Positions 21,029-30,161 of a stretch of DNA of 64,000 bases are shown piece after piece; positions within the stretch are counted from its first letter, which is position 1, and the number at the start of each line of letters is the position of its first letter. The stretch is from Thecamonas trahens ATCC 50062 (Eukaryota > Protista > Apusomonadida), in contig NW_013657646.1 of the NCBI RefSeq assembly GCF_000142905.1, positions 247,324 through 311,323 of the forward strand, written 5' to 3'. The notes under the pieces were generated by a model, which was not told the DNA's origin, did no database searches, and was given only the letters and a program-made list of their open reading frames with translations. The position numbers and the translations under genes were made by a program.

Positions 21029-22273
21029 ATGGACAGAGATAGTGGGCTGGGTGGAGCCGGCATGTCCATGGGCACTAAGATGGGCTACGAAGAGGCGACG
21101 GCGGTGAATGCCGAGTCCGGGACGGTGCTGGTGGTCGGCGTGCCGGCCGGGTCGGTGGTGGGGGTGGACGGGGTGGGATGGAGAGTCACCGAGGCATTCG
21201 CTGGCATCAAGATGCTGCCGCTGGACATGCTGCACTTTGTCACTTTTGCTGCGGCGGACAGTCACGGCTCGGATGCCATGCCAACCGGGTTCTGGATGTC
21301 ATTCGAGGAGGCGCTGGCGCCCGACGAGGGCCGGCCGGGCGCCAAGGCCGTCGCTGTCTACCGCTACGAACCCAAGTCCGAGATCCTCGTCCCGCATCCA
21401 GACCCGGTCCAGGCATACCGGCTTGCGCTTGGTGTCCAGAGCTTCGACTTTGACGCCCGGCTGCAGCCGTTCCCGCCATCGGCCGTCGACGGATGGCGCG
21501 CGCTGAGCGCGCCGCTCACCCGCGGCCTTGTCGCCGCCCTCATGCCGGCATCAGGCGTCCTCTCGGGTGCAGGCATGCCGCTCTCCGAGGCCGAGGCCGA
21601 AATGTTGGGAAAGAGCGAGCAGGTCCAGGATGAGAACGGGGGCGAGAGCGGAAGCGAGGACTTGCCGCGGCTAGCCAAGTTTGAGCGCAAGGCGTTTCTG
21701 GCCCAGGTGACTGGGGCGAGCCGGTCTGCGGTCGGGCACGACAACTCGCCGATGCTGCGCGCTGTGGCACGAAAGCGGCCGCGCGGCGTGCTAGACGTTG
21801 TTGGCGAGTTTGCCTTTGCCTTTCTGGGTGTTTTTCTCGTCTCGTCGGGCGCGTGCTTTGTCGGCTGGCGTGCGCGGTTCGAGGCTTTTGCCGCCGCCCG
21901 TCACATCTGGGCCGACGAGCCGACCACGTTCGAAGTCCTTCTGGATCTGGTCGTTGCCCAGCTTGACCTCATGAGTAACGAGCTTTTTGCTGACCTGCTC
22001 ATCGAGGACGCGACGTCGAACGCGGTCCGGACCTGGGTCGGCAGCCTCGCCCGCACCGCCGCCGAGCTCGATCTCGTCGGGCAAGCCCGCGAGCTTGCCG
22101 ACGCCGCCCGCGACCGATTTGGATGGGAGCTCGAGCTCGAGGGCGAGCAACGAGCGCTCGATCGGGTCGTCGGCGGCCTCGCCGCCACAGCGCTTGACGA
22201 CGCCGCCGCCATTCAGGCCGCGCTCTGCGCTGAGTTTGGCGACGATGCCCCGACGGTGGTCTTGCCTATGTAA
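21029..22273 (+). CDS. AAR2: AAR2 U5 snRNP assembly factor
   Basis: VGVPAGSVVGVD..W...FAGIKMLP...HFV..GFW..FDARLQPFP..W..LS, and C-terminal VVGEFAFAFL. Confidence 0.85.
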   Translation: MDRDSGLGGAGMSMGTKMGYEEATAVNAESGTVLVVGVPAGSVVGVDGVGWRVTEAFAGIKMLPLDMLHFVTFAAADSHGSDAMPTGFWMSFEEALAPDEGRPGAKAVAVYRYEPKSEILVPHPDPVQAYRLALGVQSFDFDARLQPFPPSAVDGWRALSAPLTRGLVAALMPASGVLSGAGMPLSEAEAEMLGKSEQVQDENGGESGSEDLPRLAKFERKAFLAQVTGASRSAVGHDNSPMLRAVARKRPRGVLDVVGEFAFAFLGVFLVSSGACFVGWRARFEAFAAARHIWADEPTTFEVLLDLVVAQLDLMSNELFADLLIEDATSNAVRTWVGSLARTAAELDLVGQARELADAARDRFGWELELEGEQRALDRVVGGLAATALDDAAAIQAALCAEFGDDAPTVVLPM

Positions 22274-22865
22274 GCAGCCCGCGTCCCGCAACAAGTACAC
22301 CGCGAATGTAGCCCTTGGCAAGCGCCGATGACATGCAGACCGAGAGCAGCCATGCCAGGACTGCCAGCGCAGCCGCCGGCCCGCGGCCCCATCGCGCGAG
22401 CAAGCCCGGGTGGAGCGCAACAAAGGCGAGCGATGCAGCCTCGATCAGCGCCAGCGCAGTCCGCGACATGTGGGTGTGAATCATCGACGGGAAGCGAAAG
22501 TCCTGCATCGGCCAGAACCACGGCACGTGACCGCAAGTCATGTCAGCCAGCAGGTGCGAGATCATGCCGGCGGCGGCGACAGCGGCGTGCGATGACGGGC
22601 GCGAGGCGCCGACGAAGGTCAGCAGCCCACCAAAAGCCAGCGATGCGACCATGACCACCACCAGTGTGTGCCCGAACGATCGCGATGCGCTCGCCACACC
22701 AGACATGTACCGAAGCTTGTCGATGAGGTCAGGCATGAGCGACGCAAGGACGAGGACTACATCGTGCGCCGCCGTCACCTCGCCGACCGTCGCGCGCATA
22801 AACGCCACCCGCCGTGCCGCCGCCAGCACCAGGTACCCCGCCAGCACATGGCTGCACACCAGCAT
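22266..22865 (-). CDS. Membrane-bound metal-dependent hydrolase (YdjM/DUF457-like)
   Basis: H..; SLMPDLIDK; RSFGHTL; SHLLAD; PWFWP motifs; hydrophobic helices; intronless. Confidence 0.8.
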   Translation of the reverse strand: MLVCSHVLAGYLVLAAARRVAFMRATVGEVTAAHDVVLVLASLMPDLIDKLRYMSGVASASRSFGHTLVVVMVASLAFGGLLTFVGASRPSSHAAVAAAGMISHLLADMTCGHVPWFWPMQDFRFPSMIHTHMSRTALALIEAASLAFVALHPGLLARWGRGPAAALAVLAWLLSVCMSSALAKGYIRGVLVAGRGLLT

Positions 22866-23464
22866 GCCTTTTGTGGCTGCTAGATGTGAGTCAGGTGGCC
22901 GCCAGTCGCGAGGTCGCCGCTGTTGAGGTCAAAGCCACCGGAGCGGCGGTGAGGTCAGTGGCCTGAGCGGGCCGAGGATGGCATACAGCTGAGGGTAAGG
23001 CGATGGTGAGCGATGGTGATGGCGATAGTGATGGTGTTGATCCATGATCCAGAAGTGGTTGCTCCTTGTGTGATGGCCTTGATCAAGCGGCGCGGAGACA
23101 GCAAGTGCACGACAAAGTGCTGCCGAGGGAATCATTCTCATACCTCGCCCGTCTTTGGCCACCATCACAGGCCTGCCCTTACCGAGCGCACACACACATC
23201 CACCCCCACCCCACACACACCCCACCCCACCACCCCCACCCCACACACACCCCACCCCACCCTCCACTCTTATCGTCCCTCACCTCCTCTAATCCCTCCC
23301 ATCCATCGCCACCATCACGGCAATCAATCCCATCAGTGACTGGTGTGCCGTCATCAGCGCGTGCGGCCTGGCGTGGCGCAACCGTTGGCGGTGACATATC
23401 CAACCAGCTGTATGTGGTGCCACTCCACGCCCCCCCCCCCCCCCCCCCACCCACACACACGCTT

Positions 23465-26400
23465 ATGGGCAAGTCAGGGGCACATGTCCATGCTAGACTC
23501 AAGACGCTGAGTGAGTGGCTCCACAGCAAACCGCCGGCTAAGCTCGTGGGCGTCATGACCGAGCTGCTGCACTACGCCTCCGAGTCGGGCAGGCTCCTGG
23601 ACTCTGCGGTGACTGCCCTCGCCCATCGCGGCTTGTCTCGGCTGCTTTCGCTGACGGATGCAGAGGACAAACGCATTCGCATCAAGGCGGCAGAGTGCAT
23701 TGTTCGCTTTGCCGCTGGTTCGGAACTGGTTCAGAACATCCTCGTCGAGCTCGATGCCGGCTTTGGCTGGGGCCCGCTCTTTGTCATCCATCCCTCGAAC
23801 AAGTACAAGGCCGAGCAATCGCGCCAGCTAACCTTTCTGACGCTTCGCTACTACCTGCGCAACAACGCCCTGCCCTCGCTCAACATCGAGCAGAAGCGAA
23901 TCTTTCTCGAACTCGCCACCACCGTCCGCGATGTCGTCGACACCATCGACGCTGTCGTCGCTGCAGAGACCCGTGCGCTCCTACTGGACTCGGACGATGA
24001 GGCCGAGGCTGATGCCGACGTCAGCGCCAGCCAAGCCACTATTCCGTTGTTGTGGTGCTACCCGCGACCCGAGCCGCGTGGCTCGCGCCATCTCGAGTCT
24101 TCGCTCCATCGTTCCCGGGTCTTGTTCCCAGACCCAGCTAGCGCGCTCTTTGGCTTTGTGCACACCGCCAGGCTGCGGGCGGAGAACGCGATATCATCAT
24201 CGTCGCTGGCAGAGCCACGGCCGCCAGCGGCCGCGTCCTCTGCGCCGCCGCCTGCGCCGCCGATCATCACCACCATGCTGTCGGCCGACGGCTCGTCAGG
24301 CGGTATTCTCTCGCCGCACTCGCTCGCGCTCAGCCGGCCACACACCTCGCGGCACAACGAGAGCCAGCCGCTGGTGACGCCTGATCCGCCGTCGGCGCGC
24401 CAGGTTAAGCACGCGCGGAGGCTTTCGCTCTCGGCGCTCTCGACGTCAATGGGCCGCCTGCGGCCGGTGCCGACCGCCACATCGGACGAGTCGACTCCCG
24501 AGTCGCCACGAGCAAAGCGGCGAACACCTCGGCAGCGCCGGCACATGTTTGGCTCAATCCATGAGCTCTCCTTCTATCCGCGAACCATCCGCCGTCTTCC
24601 GGCACACTTTTACGACACTGAGGATCTGGTCGATCTGCTCCGGAGCCGGCGGATCGATGAGGTCCGCCTCAACTACGTCCGGTTCCGCGACATGGTGGTC
24701 GAGTCGGGTGGCCCGCGGTACCGACGGCGACTCTCGCTCCCGTCCAACTACAAGCACAATCCAGTGCACTCGCTCGCTGTCTCAGTCCGGCTGCGTGCAT
24801 CGGCGGCGCTCGACGCGTCCGCGCTCCACCTGCCGCTGCATGGTCCGTGGGACGAGGGCATTGTGCCGCCGCTGTATCTGGAAGACATGCAGCCGGCGCT
24901 GGTCATGACAGCCGGCTCACCGCGGTCTCCGCGCTTGATGTACATGCCGAGCACGACCAACAGCTCCAGCGGTGCGCTCACAACCGCCGAGCTCACTGGG
25001 CCGGACGGCGCAGAGGGCAGCAAGAGCGGGCCGGTATTTGGGCGTGCCGAGCTTGCCGCAGCTGTGGCGCAGACGCGCACGCCAACCAAGGCGCCGCGGC
25101 CGTCGATGCTGGAGACCTCTCTTGCTGCGTCAACATCCGACGGCTCTGTGGTGATGGCGATGGTGAAGCCCAAGGGTGGGACGAAGGCTGGCGGACGGCC
25201 CAAGGTAGCACGGGCAGAGTCAATGCGGCGGATCCGCCGGCAGCGGCTGGCGCGCGAGCGCAAGCGCGAGTCGTCGCTTCTCGCTGGGAGCAGTGGCGGC
25301 GGGCACGGGCATGGGGCGAGTCGGCGAGCGCAGTCGGCGCGGCCGCGTTCGCGGTCGGGATCGCGACGGATACTCTCGGGCGCTTCGCTCTCGACCGACG
25401 CGGCCGGCTCGAGCGGCGGCGACGGATCGTCGATGCGCGAGTCACGGGGCGAGCGGCGGCGGCCGTCGTCGCGGCTCCGGTCGGTCTTCCTCACCACTGT
25501 TCAAAAGGCTTCCGAGTTCTACGCCTTCCCCCTCGGGCCGCTCTTTGCGCTGCAAATTGGTCCGCAGGCAGCCGAGCACAACTTTGGCTCGCATGCCGTC
25601 CGGCGGCGGGTGCTCTCGCAGAGGACCGAAGCGCTGTATCATGGACATGTCGAGGTCAAGCCGTATAACACCGGCGTGGGTGTCTCCAAGGCTGCAATGC
25701 AGGCCAGGCTTGAAGCCATCACATCGGGTCTCGAGAGCCGCGGGCACGATCCATCGCTCTCGTACGCCGAAGAGGACGTGCTGTACGACGACTCGTACGA
25801 CCCGTTTGCGTCGATGGTCGGCCTGCCCAACGGCATGCTCAACGAGCCCAAGTCAATTGTCTCGCCGTATGTCTCACACGTCAAGGCCAAAGCCTCGAGC
25901 CAGCTCTCGATCTCGCACTCGGTCTCGCCCATCAAGAAGGAGCGCCCGCTCCTGCGCGACGATTCGCCGCAGCCGGTCATCGAGCGCTCGTCGCGCGACA
26001 TCATGATGTCGTTCCAGAACCTGCTCCGCACCCCGTTGGAGGACACTCTGCCGTATGATGAAGCTGACGGTGCGCTCCTCGACCTCGAGACGACATCCCA
26101 TCGCGACGCGGCAACCCGTGGCATGATGGCCGCCGCCGCCGAGGCGCTCCGCCAGCCGTCGACGGGCTCGTCGACGTCGTCAACCGCGCTCCGCCCGCCT
26201 CGCTTTGTGCCCACCGCCGACGTCTTTCTCGCCCGCCCACTCTCGAGCTCCAACGCCCGAACTGCGCCCGCAGACATCGACCCATCGGTCTACCGCTTCA
26301 ATCTGGATCCCATCCGCGAAAAGCGCCGGATCCAGGCAATCCTTGACGCCCGCGCCGAACAGGAGCGCCGTCTCGCCGCCTCCCGGCGGGCCGCCCGCCG

Positions 26401-26470
26401 CAAGGCCGCCGCCCTCCGAGGCGAAGACTCGGACGAATACTCTGACTCTGGCTCGTACTATTACGAATAA
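23465..26470 (+). CDS. Hypothetical ~1000-aa protein: N-terminal ARM-like helical region, mostly low complexity
   Basis: Long ORF with coding-like codon bias. LSRLLSL..DKRIRIKAAECIVRFA..ELVQNILVELD looks ARM-like. No family recognised. Confidence 0.7.
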   Translation: MGKSGAHVHARLKTLSEWLHSKPPAKLVGVMTELLHYASESGRLLDSAVTALAHRGLSRLLSLTDAEDKRIRIKAAECIVRFAAGSELVQNILVELDAGFGWGPLFVIHPSNKYKAEQSRQLTFLTLRYYLRNNALPSLNIEQKRIFLELATTVRDVVDTIDAVVAAETRALLLDSDDEAEADADVSASQATIPLLWCYPRPEPRGSRHLESSLHRSRVLFPDPASALFGFVHTARLRAENAISSSSLAEPRPPAAASSAPPPAPPIITTMLSADGSSGGILSPHSLALSRPHTSRHNESQPLVTPDPPSARQVKHARRLSLSALSTSMGRLRPVPTATSDESTPESPRAKRRTPRQRRHMFGSIHELSFYPRTIRRLPAHFYDTEDLVDLLRSRRIDEVRLNYVRFRDMVVESGGPRYRRRLSLPSNYKHNPVHSLAVSVRLRASAALDASALHLPLHGPWDEGIVPPLYLEDMQPALVMTAGSPRSPRLMYMPSTTNSSSGALTTAELTGPDGAEGSKSGPVFGRAELAAAVAQTRTPTKAPRPSMLETSLAASTSDGSVVMAMVKPKGGTKAGGRPKVARAESMRRIRRQRLARERKRESSLLAGSSGGGHGHGASRRAQSARPRSRSGSRRILSGASLSTDAAGSSGGDGSSMRESRGERRRPSSRLRSVFLTTVQKASEFYAFPLGPLFALQIGPQAAEHNFGSHAVRRRVLSQRTEALYHGHVEVKPYNTGVGVSKAAMQARLEAITSGLESRGHDPSLSYAEEDVLYDDSYDPFASMVGLPNGMLNEPKSIVSPYVSHVKAKASSQLSISHSVSPIKKERPLLRDDSPQPVIERSSRDIMMSFQNLLRTPLEDTLPYDEADGALLDLETTSHRDAATRGMMAAAAEALRQPSTGSSTSSTALRPPRFVPTADVFLARPLSSSNARTAPADIDPSVYRFNLDPIREKRRIQAILDARAEQERRLAASRRAARRKAAALRGEDSDEYSDSGSYYYE

Positions 26471-26692
26471 ACAGATGCAACGGATTCATGGTGGTCGCCG
26501 CGATCAACTCCGCCAATATGCCGGAGCCGGTGTGCGACGTGGCCGGCCGCCCTCACCACACCCCCCGCTCCCGCTCTTGGCCCTCGCCTCCCCCCCCCGC
26601 CCCCCGCCCCCCGCTCCGGCACACCACTCCCACCCACTGCTCACACCCACCACCCAGCTCCCAACACATCTCAGCCAGGTCACCGACCAACC

Positions 26693-28168
26693 ATGCTGCT
26701 CGCCGGAGTGCAGACGCTTGTGGGGCGGGCCCGCGAAGACTTTGGCGGGCCGGACACGCCGCGGCAGCCACAGGGCGCAGCGGTAAAGGGCGAGTTCCCG
26801 GTGGCGGCGACGAGCAGTCCAGGCTCTGTGCGAGTGCTCTCGGCCAACATGTGGGGCGTGCCGACGTCACCGCTGGTGCGCAAGCGGTTGCGGACGCTGG
26901 GCGCTGTGCTGGCCGACTACGATCTCATTGCCCTGCAGGAGGTGTGGCACGTCCGCGATCGGGCTCTGGTGCGGGAGCTGGCTGCTGACGCCGGCCTCAC
27001 CTACACCCACGCCTTTTGCCACGGCTCGGGCATGGCAGTTTGGCCGGGCCAGCATGGGACTGGCCTGATGATCATCTCGCGTTGGCCCATCGTCGACGTC
27101 GCCTACCATCGGTTCTCGGTCACCGGCCGCCCGTACGCTTTTCATCAAGCCGACTACTACGGCGCAAAGGGCATCGGCTGGGTCCGCGTCGCCTCGCCGC
27201 ATGGCCTCATCGACGTCTTTGACACCCATCTGGTGGCGCAGTACTCGGCCGACCCGCACGACGAGTACTCCAAGACCCGCCTTGGCCAGGCCTTTGAGCA
27301 CGCCTCGTTTGTGTCGTCGGTGGCCGGCTCGACGCCTTTCGGCGGCGCCGGCTACGTCCTGCCCGACGGCTCGCGCGCTGTGGGCCCTGTTATTCTTGTT
27401 GTCGACATGGGCGACTTTAATGCCCCGCCGAACTCGCTTGTCGTCGCCGCTGTCCACCATCTGTGCGGCCTTCGCGACGCGTACGCCGAGTCTGACGACG
27501 GCCGCGCCGGCAAGCCCGGCTTCACTGGCGAGGGCCCAACCGGTGAGGCGCAGCGGATGGACTACATCTTTTACGCCTATGCTCCGCACCAGCCGTGGCT
27601 TCTCGAGTATGCCCGCCCGCTCGACGATCTCGTTGTGCCTGGCGAGCAGCCTGCTGTCCCAGTCTCGGACCACGCGCCGGTTGCGGCCTCGTTTCGGCTC
27701 GTCGACTCGAGCACTTTGCTCCCGCTGCCGCTGCCGCAGCTACCTGCGGCCGGCACGCGCGACCAGACTCTGACCGAGCTCGTCGCCGAAATCGAAGCCG
27801 GAGTAGTCGAGATTGCCGCCAGGCGCAACCGGCACAAGCTGCGGTTCTGGCGCGCGCTCGCCGGCCTCGTTGCCATCCTGCTGCTCTCACTCTTTGTCTC
27901 GTCGCGGTACGCGTACACTGTGGTTGCGATTGCGACGTACGGCTCGTCAGCAGGCCAGCTGTTTGGCGGCCTCCTTGTCCAGGCCCTCTCCATCGGCCTG
28001 GTCTCGGTTCTTCCGCTCATGTTCATGGCGGTCGTTCTAGCGGGCTACGTCTGCGTCGAGTTCTTCCTCGCCTGGTACACCGTTGCCGACGAAATGCGTG
28101 CCATGTCGGAAATCCTCTCGGAAGCGAGGGTGGTGAGCCGGAGCCGGGCGCCGCGGTCGTGGATGTGA
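26693..28168 (+). CDS. Neutral sphingomyelinase / ISC1-like phospholipase C (EEP family)
   Basis: SANMWG, LQEVW, GLMIISRWPI, KGIG, THL, GDFN, RMDYIF, SDH motifs; C-terminal TM helices. Confidence 0.9.
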   Translation: MLLAGVQTLVGRAREDFGGPDTPRQPQGAAVKGEFPVAATSSPGSVRVLSANMWGVPTSPLVRKRLRTLGAVLADYDLIALQEVWHVRDRALVRELAADAGLTYTHAFCHGSGMAVWPGQHGTGLMIISRWPIVDVAYHRFSVTGRPYAFHQADYYGAKGIGWVRVASPHGLIDVFDTHLVAQYSADPHDEYSKTRLGQAFEHASFVSSVAGSTPFGGAGYVLPDGSRAVGPVILVVDMGDFNAPPNSLVVAAVHHLCGLRDAYAESDDGRAGKPGFTGEGPTGEAQRMDYIFYAYAPHQPWLLEYARPLDDLVVPGEQPAVPVSDHAPVAASFRLVDSSTLLPLPLPQLPAAGTRDQTLTELVAEIEAGVVEIAARRNRHKLRFWRALAGLVAILLLSLFVSSRYAYTVVAIATYGSSAGQLFGGLLVQALSIGLVSVLPLMFMAVVLAGYVCVEFFLAWYTVADEMRAMSEILSEARVVSRSRAPRSWM

Positions 28169-28182
28169 ACCAGCAAGTGCAC

Positions 28183-29817
28183 TCACGCCTGCACGCTGTC
28201 GGCCACCCGATGGACCGCCAGCCCGTCGACGAGCAGCGGGTGCCGGAGCGGAAAGGTTCCTTCGGCGACCCGCGCCTCGGCCTCGAGGATGACGAGCCAG
28301 AGGACAACCCCGTATGTAGATAGCACAAAGGCGTCGAATCCATCGCACTCGTTGCTCATTGAGTGCGGAAGGATCGTGCCGTCGGCCTTGCCGCACAGCA
28401 CGCGGCGCGAGGCAGCCGTCAGCACGGCGGCCTCGTCAGCGGTCGCCAGCCCGGCCTCGACCATAAACGCTGCAGCGTCCTTGACCAGCGCGCGGTAGTC
28501 GACGGTCTCAATCTGCGAAAGTGCCGCTGGCTCGCCATCGTCGTCAGGGGTGGGCAGCGTGATGGTGGTGCGCTCGTAGTTGAACGAGGAAGAAGCGTAG
28601 ATGGTGACGCGGGGGGTGTTGAGGCCAGTCGCCCGGGCCACCCGGGCCACCAGCGGTGCCAGGCTCTTGCCCAACTTGTCGACCGAGGGGCAGACATAGC
28701 ACGGCGGGATCCAAAGAACATGAGCGTGCTGGAGGTCGCGCAAGTCCCGCGGCAGCGCTTCGGGGCCCACAACCCCGACGTTGTCGGACTCTGGCGCAAG
28801 GCCGCTCCCGGTGAGGTAGCCCTCGACCTGGCTCACGATGACGGCCCAGAGATCGCGGGCAGCCGAGTTGCGGCCGCGAACAACATCGCGGAAGAGTGGT
28901 TTCAACGCAGCAGCCCAGTTCCGAGGCTTGGCGGTGCTACCGGTGCTACTGCCGGCTTCGCAGGCTTGGGCAAAAGCGACGAGCTTGCGTGACGACGCGA
29001 TGTAGCTCGCAACCGCCGAGAGCTCCTTGTCGCGGGATGAGCGGCGCGAGATGAGACGAGCATGCCACTTGGAGAGATCAACGTAGTCGTTGCCGGCTAG
29101 CGCGCCAAAGACTGGCAGCAGCAGCGGCGACGGCAAGCCGAGCGCGGCAGCAACGACAAACGGCGGAAGAAGGAGTCCCGAGGCAGCGTCTGGGTCATCC
29201 AGCGCGCTCAGCGACGAGATCGGCATGTAGCCGGCAAGCGCAGGATAGACCAAAAAGTCTGAGTCCTGCGCGATGAGCGCGTCGAGGCGGGTCTCGGCCG
29301 CGGCGCCGTACGCCACCATCCCCGCGTCCGAGTCCGAGGCGAGGCGGACGAGGGTGATGCGACCAGCGTCTGCAACATCGAGCACGGCAGTGAGAAAGGC
29401 ATGGCGGAGGAGCGCCGGCGGCAGAACAACCCCAGACGAGCATCGCGACGTGCTGCGGCCGAGGGCGTTCATAGCGGCGCGGACCGCGGAGGCGCGGCGA
29501 GAGATCCGGGTGCGGTCTTTGGCCGCGCCACGCTCGCCATCAACAAAGACGACAAGCTCGCCGTGGTCCGGAAGCGCGGTGAGGAGGGCGGCGAGGTAGT
29601 CTGTCACGGTCTGAGAGTAGGCGATGAGACCCGTGACACAGCCTGTGGCGCACGGGCAGCCGCATCCGTGGTGGCTCCGCTCGCGAGAGAGGGTGAAGAG
29701 GGCGTGGAGCAGGCCCTCACCATCCACACCGACCCGGCCCAGGCTCTTCAGCCGGGTTCGGGCCACCACCCTCTGCGACGCCGCATGGATCTTGCTGTGG
29801 AGTCCGCGAATGCCCAT
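28183..29817 (-). CDS. Asteroid/FAM120-like PIN (XPG/FEN1-superfamily) nuclease-domain protein
   Basis: MGIRGL, VGVDG, VFVDG..K..TR..R, DSD (usually EAD), QDSDF, LLPVFGALAGNDY. Confidence 0.8.
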   Translation of the reverse strand: MGIRGLHSKIHAASQRVVARTRLKSLGRVGVDGEGLLHALFTLSRERSHHGCGCPCATGCVTGLIAYSQTVTDYLAALLTALPDHGELVVFVDGERGAAKDRTRISRRASAVRAAMNALGRSTSRCSSGVVLPPALLRHAFLTAVLDVADAGRITLVRLASDSDAGMVAYGAAAETRLDALIAQDSDFLVYPALAGYMPISSLSALDDPDAASGLLLPPFVVAAALGLPSPLLLPVFGALAGNDYVDLSKWHARLISRRSSRDKELSAVASYIASSRKLVAFAQACEAGSSTGSTAKPRNWAAALKPLFRDVVRGRNSAARDLWAVIVSQVEGYLTGSGLAPESDNVGVVGPEALPRDLRDLQHAHVLWIPPCYVCPSVDKLGKSLAPLVARVARATGLNTPRVTIYASSSFNYERTTITLPTPDDDGEPAALSQIETVDYRALVKDAAAFMVEAGLATADEAAVLTAASRRVLCGKADGTILPHSMSNECDGFDAFVLSTYGVVLWLVILEAEARVAEGTFPLRHPLLVDGLAVHRVADSVQA

Positions 29818-30161
29818 GGCCAAACGAGGTGTGAGTGCCAACACTGATGGGGTGTGCCGAGGAGAGGAGGAGGAGAGGGGGGGTGGCCAGGAAGAGGGGG
29901 GATCGACCCAATGCCATTGGTTGCTGTCACCAATGATTGGTGGTATTGGTTGGTTGGTTGGTGGTTGGCGGTTACGGTTGATTTGGCCATGACATCGATT
30001 ATTTCTCGATGGCCATCATCATTACCAACCGAGCCACCTCTGCCGAAGGCCACACTCTTCCCCAACTCCCCCACTCCACCCCTCCCCTCCCCCCCCTCGC
30101 CCCACCTTCCCCCACCCTTGCACAAGCCACACACACTTACAACAACAACAAAACGCCAGCC

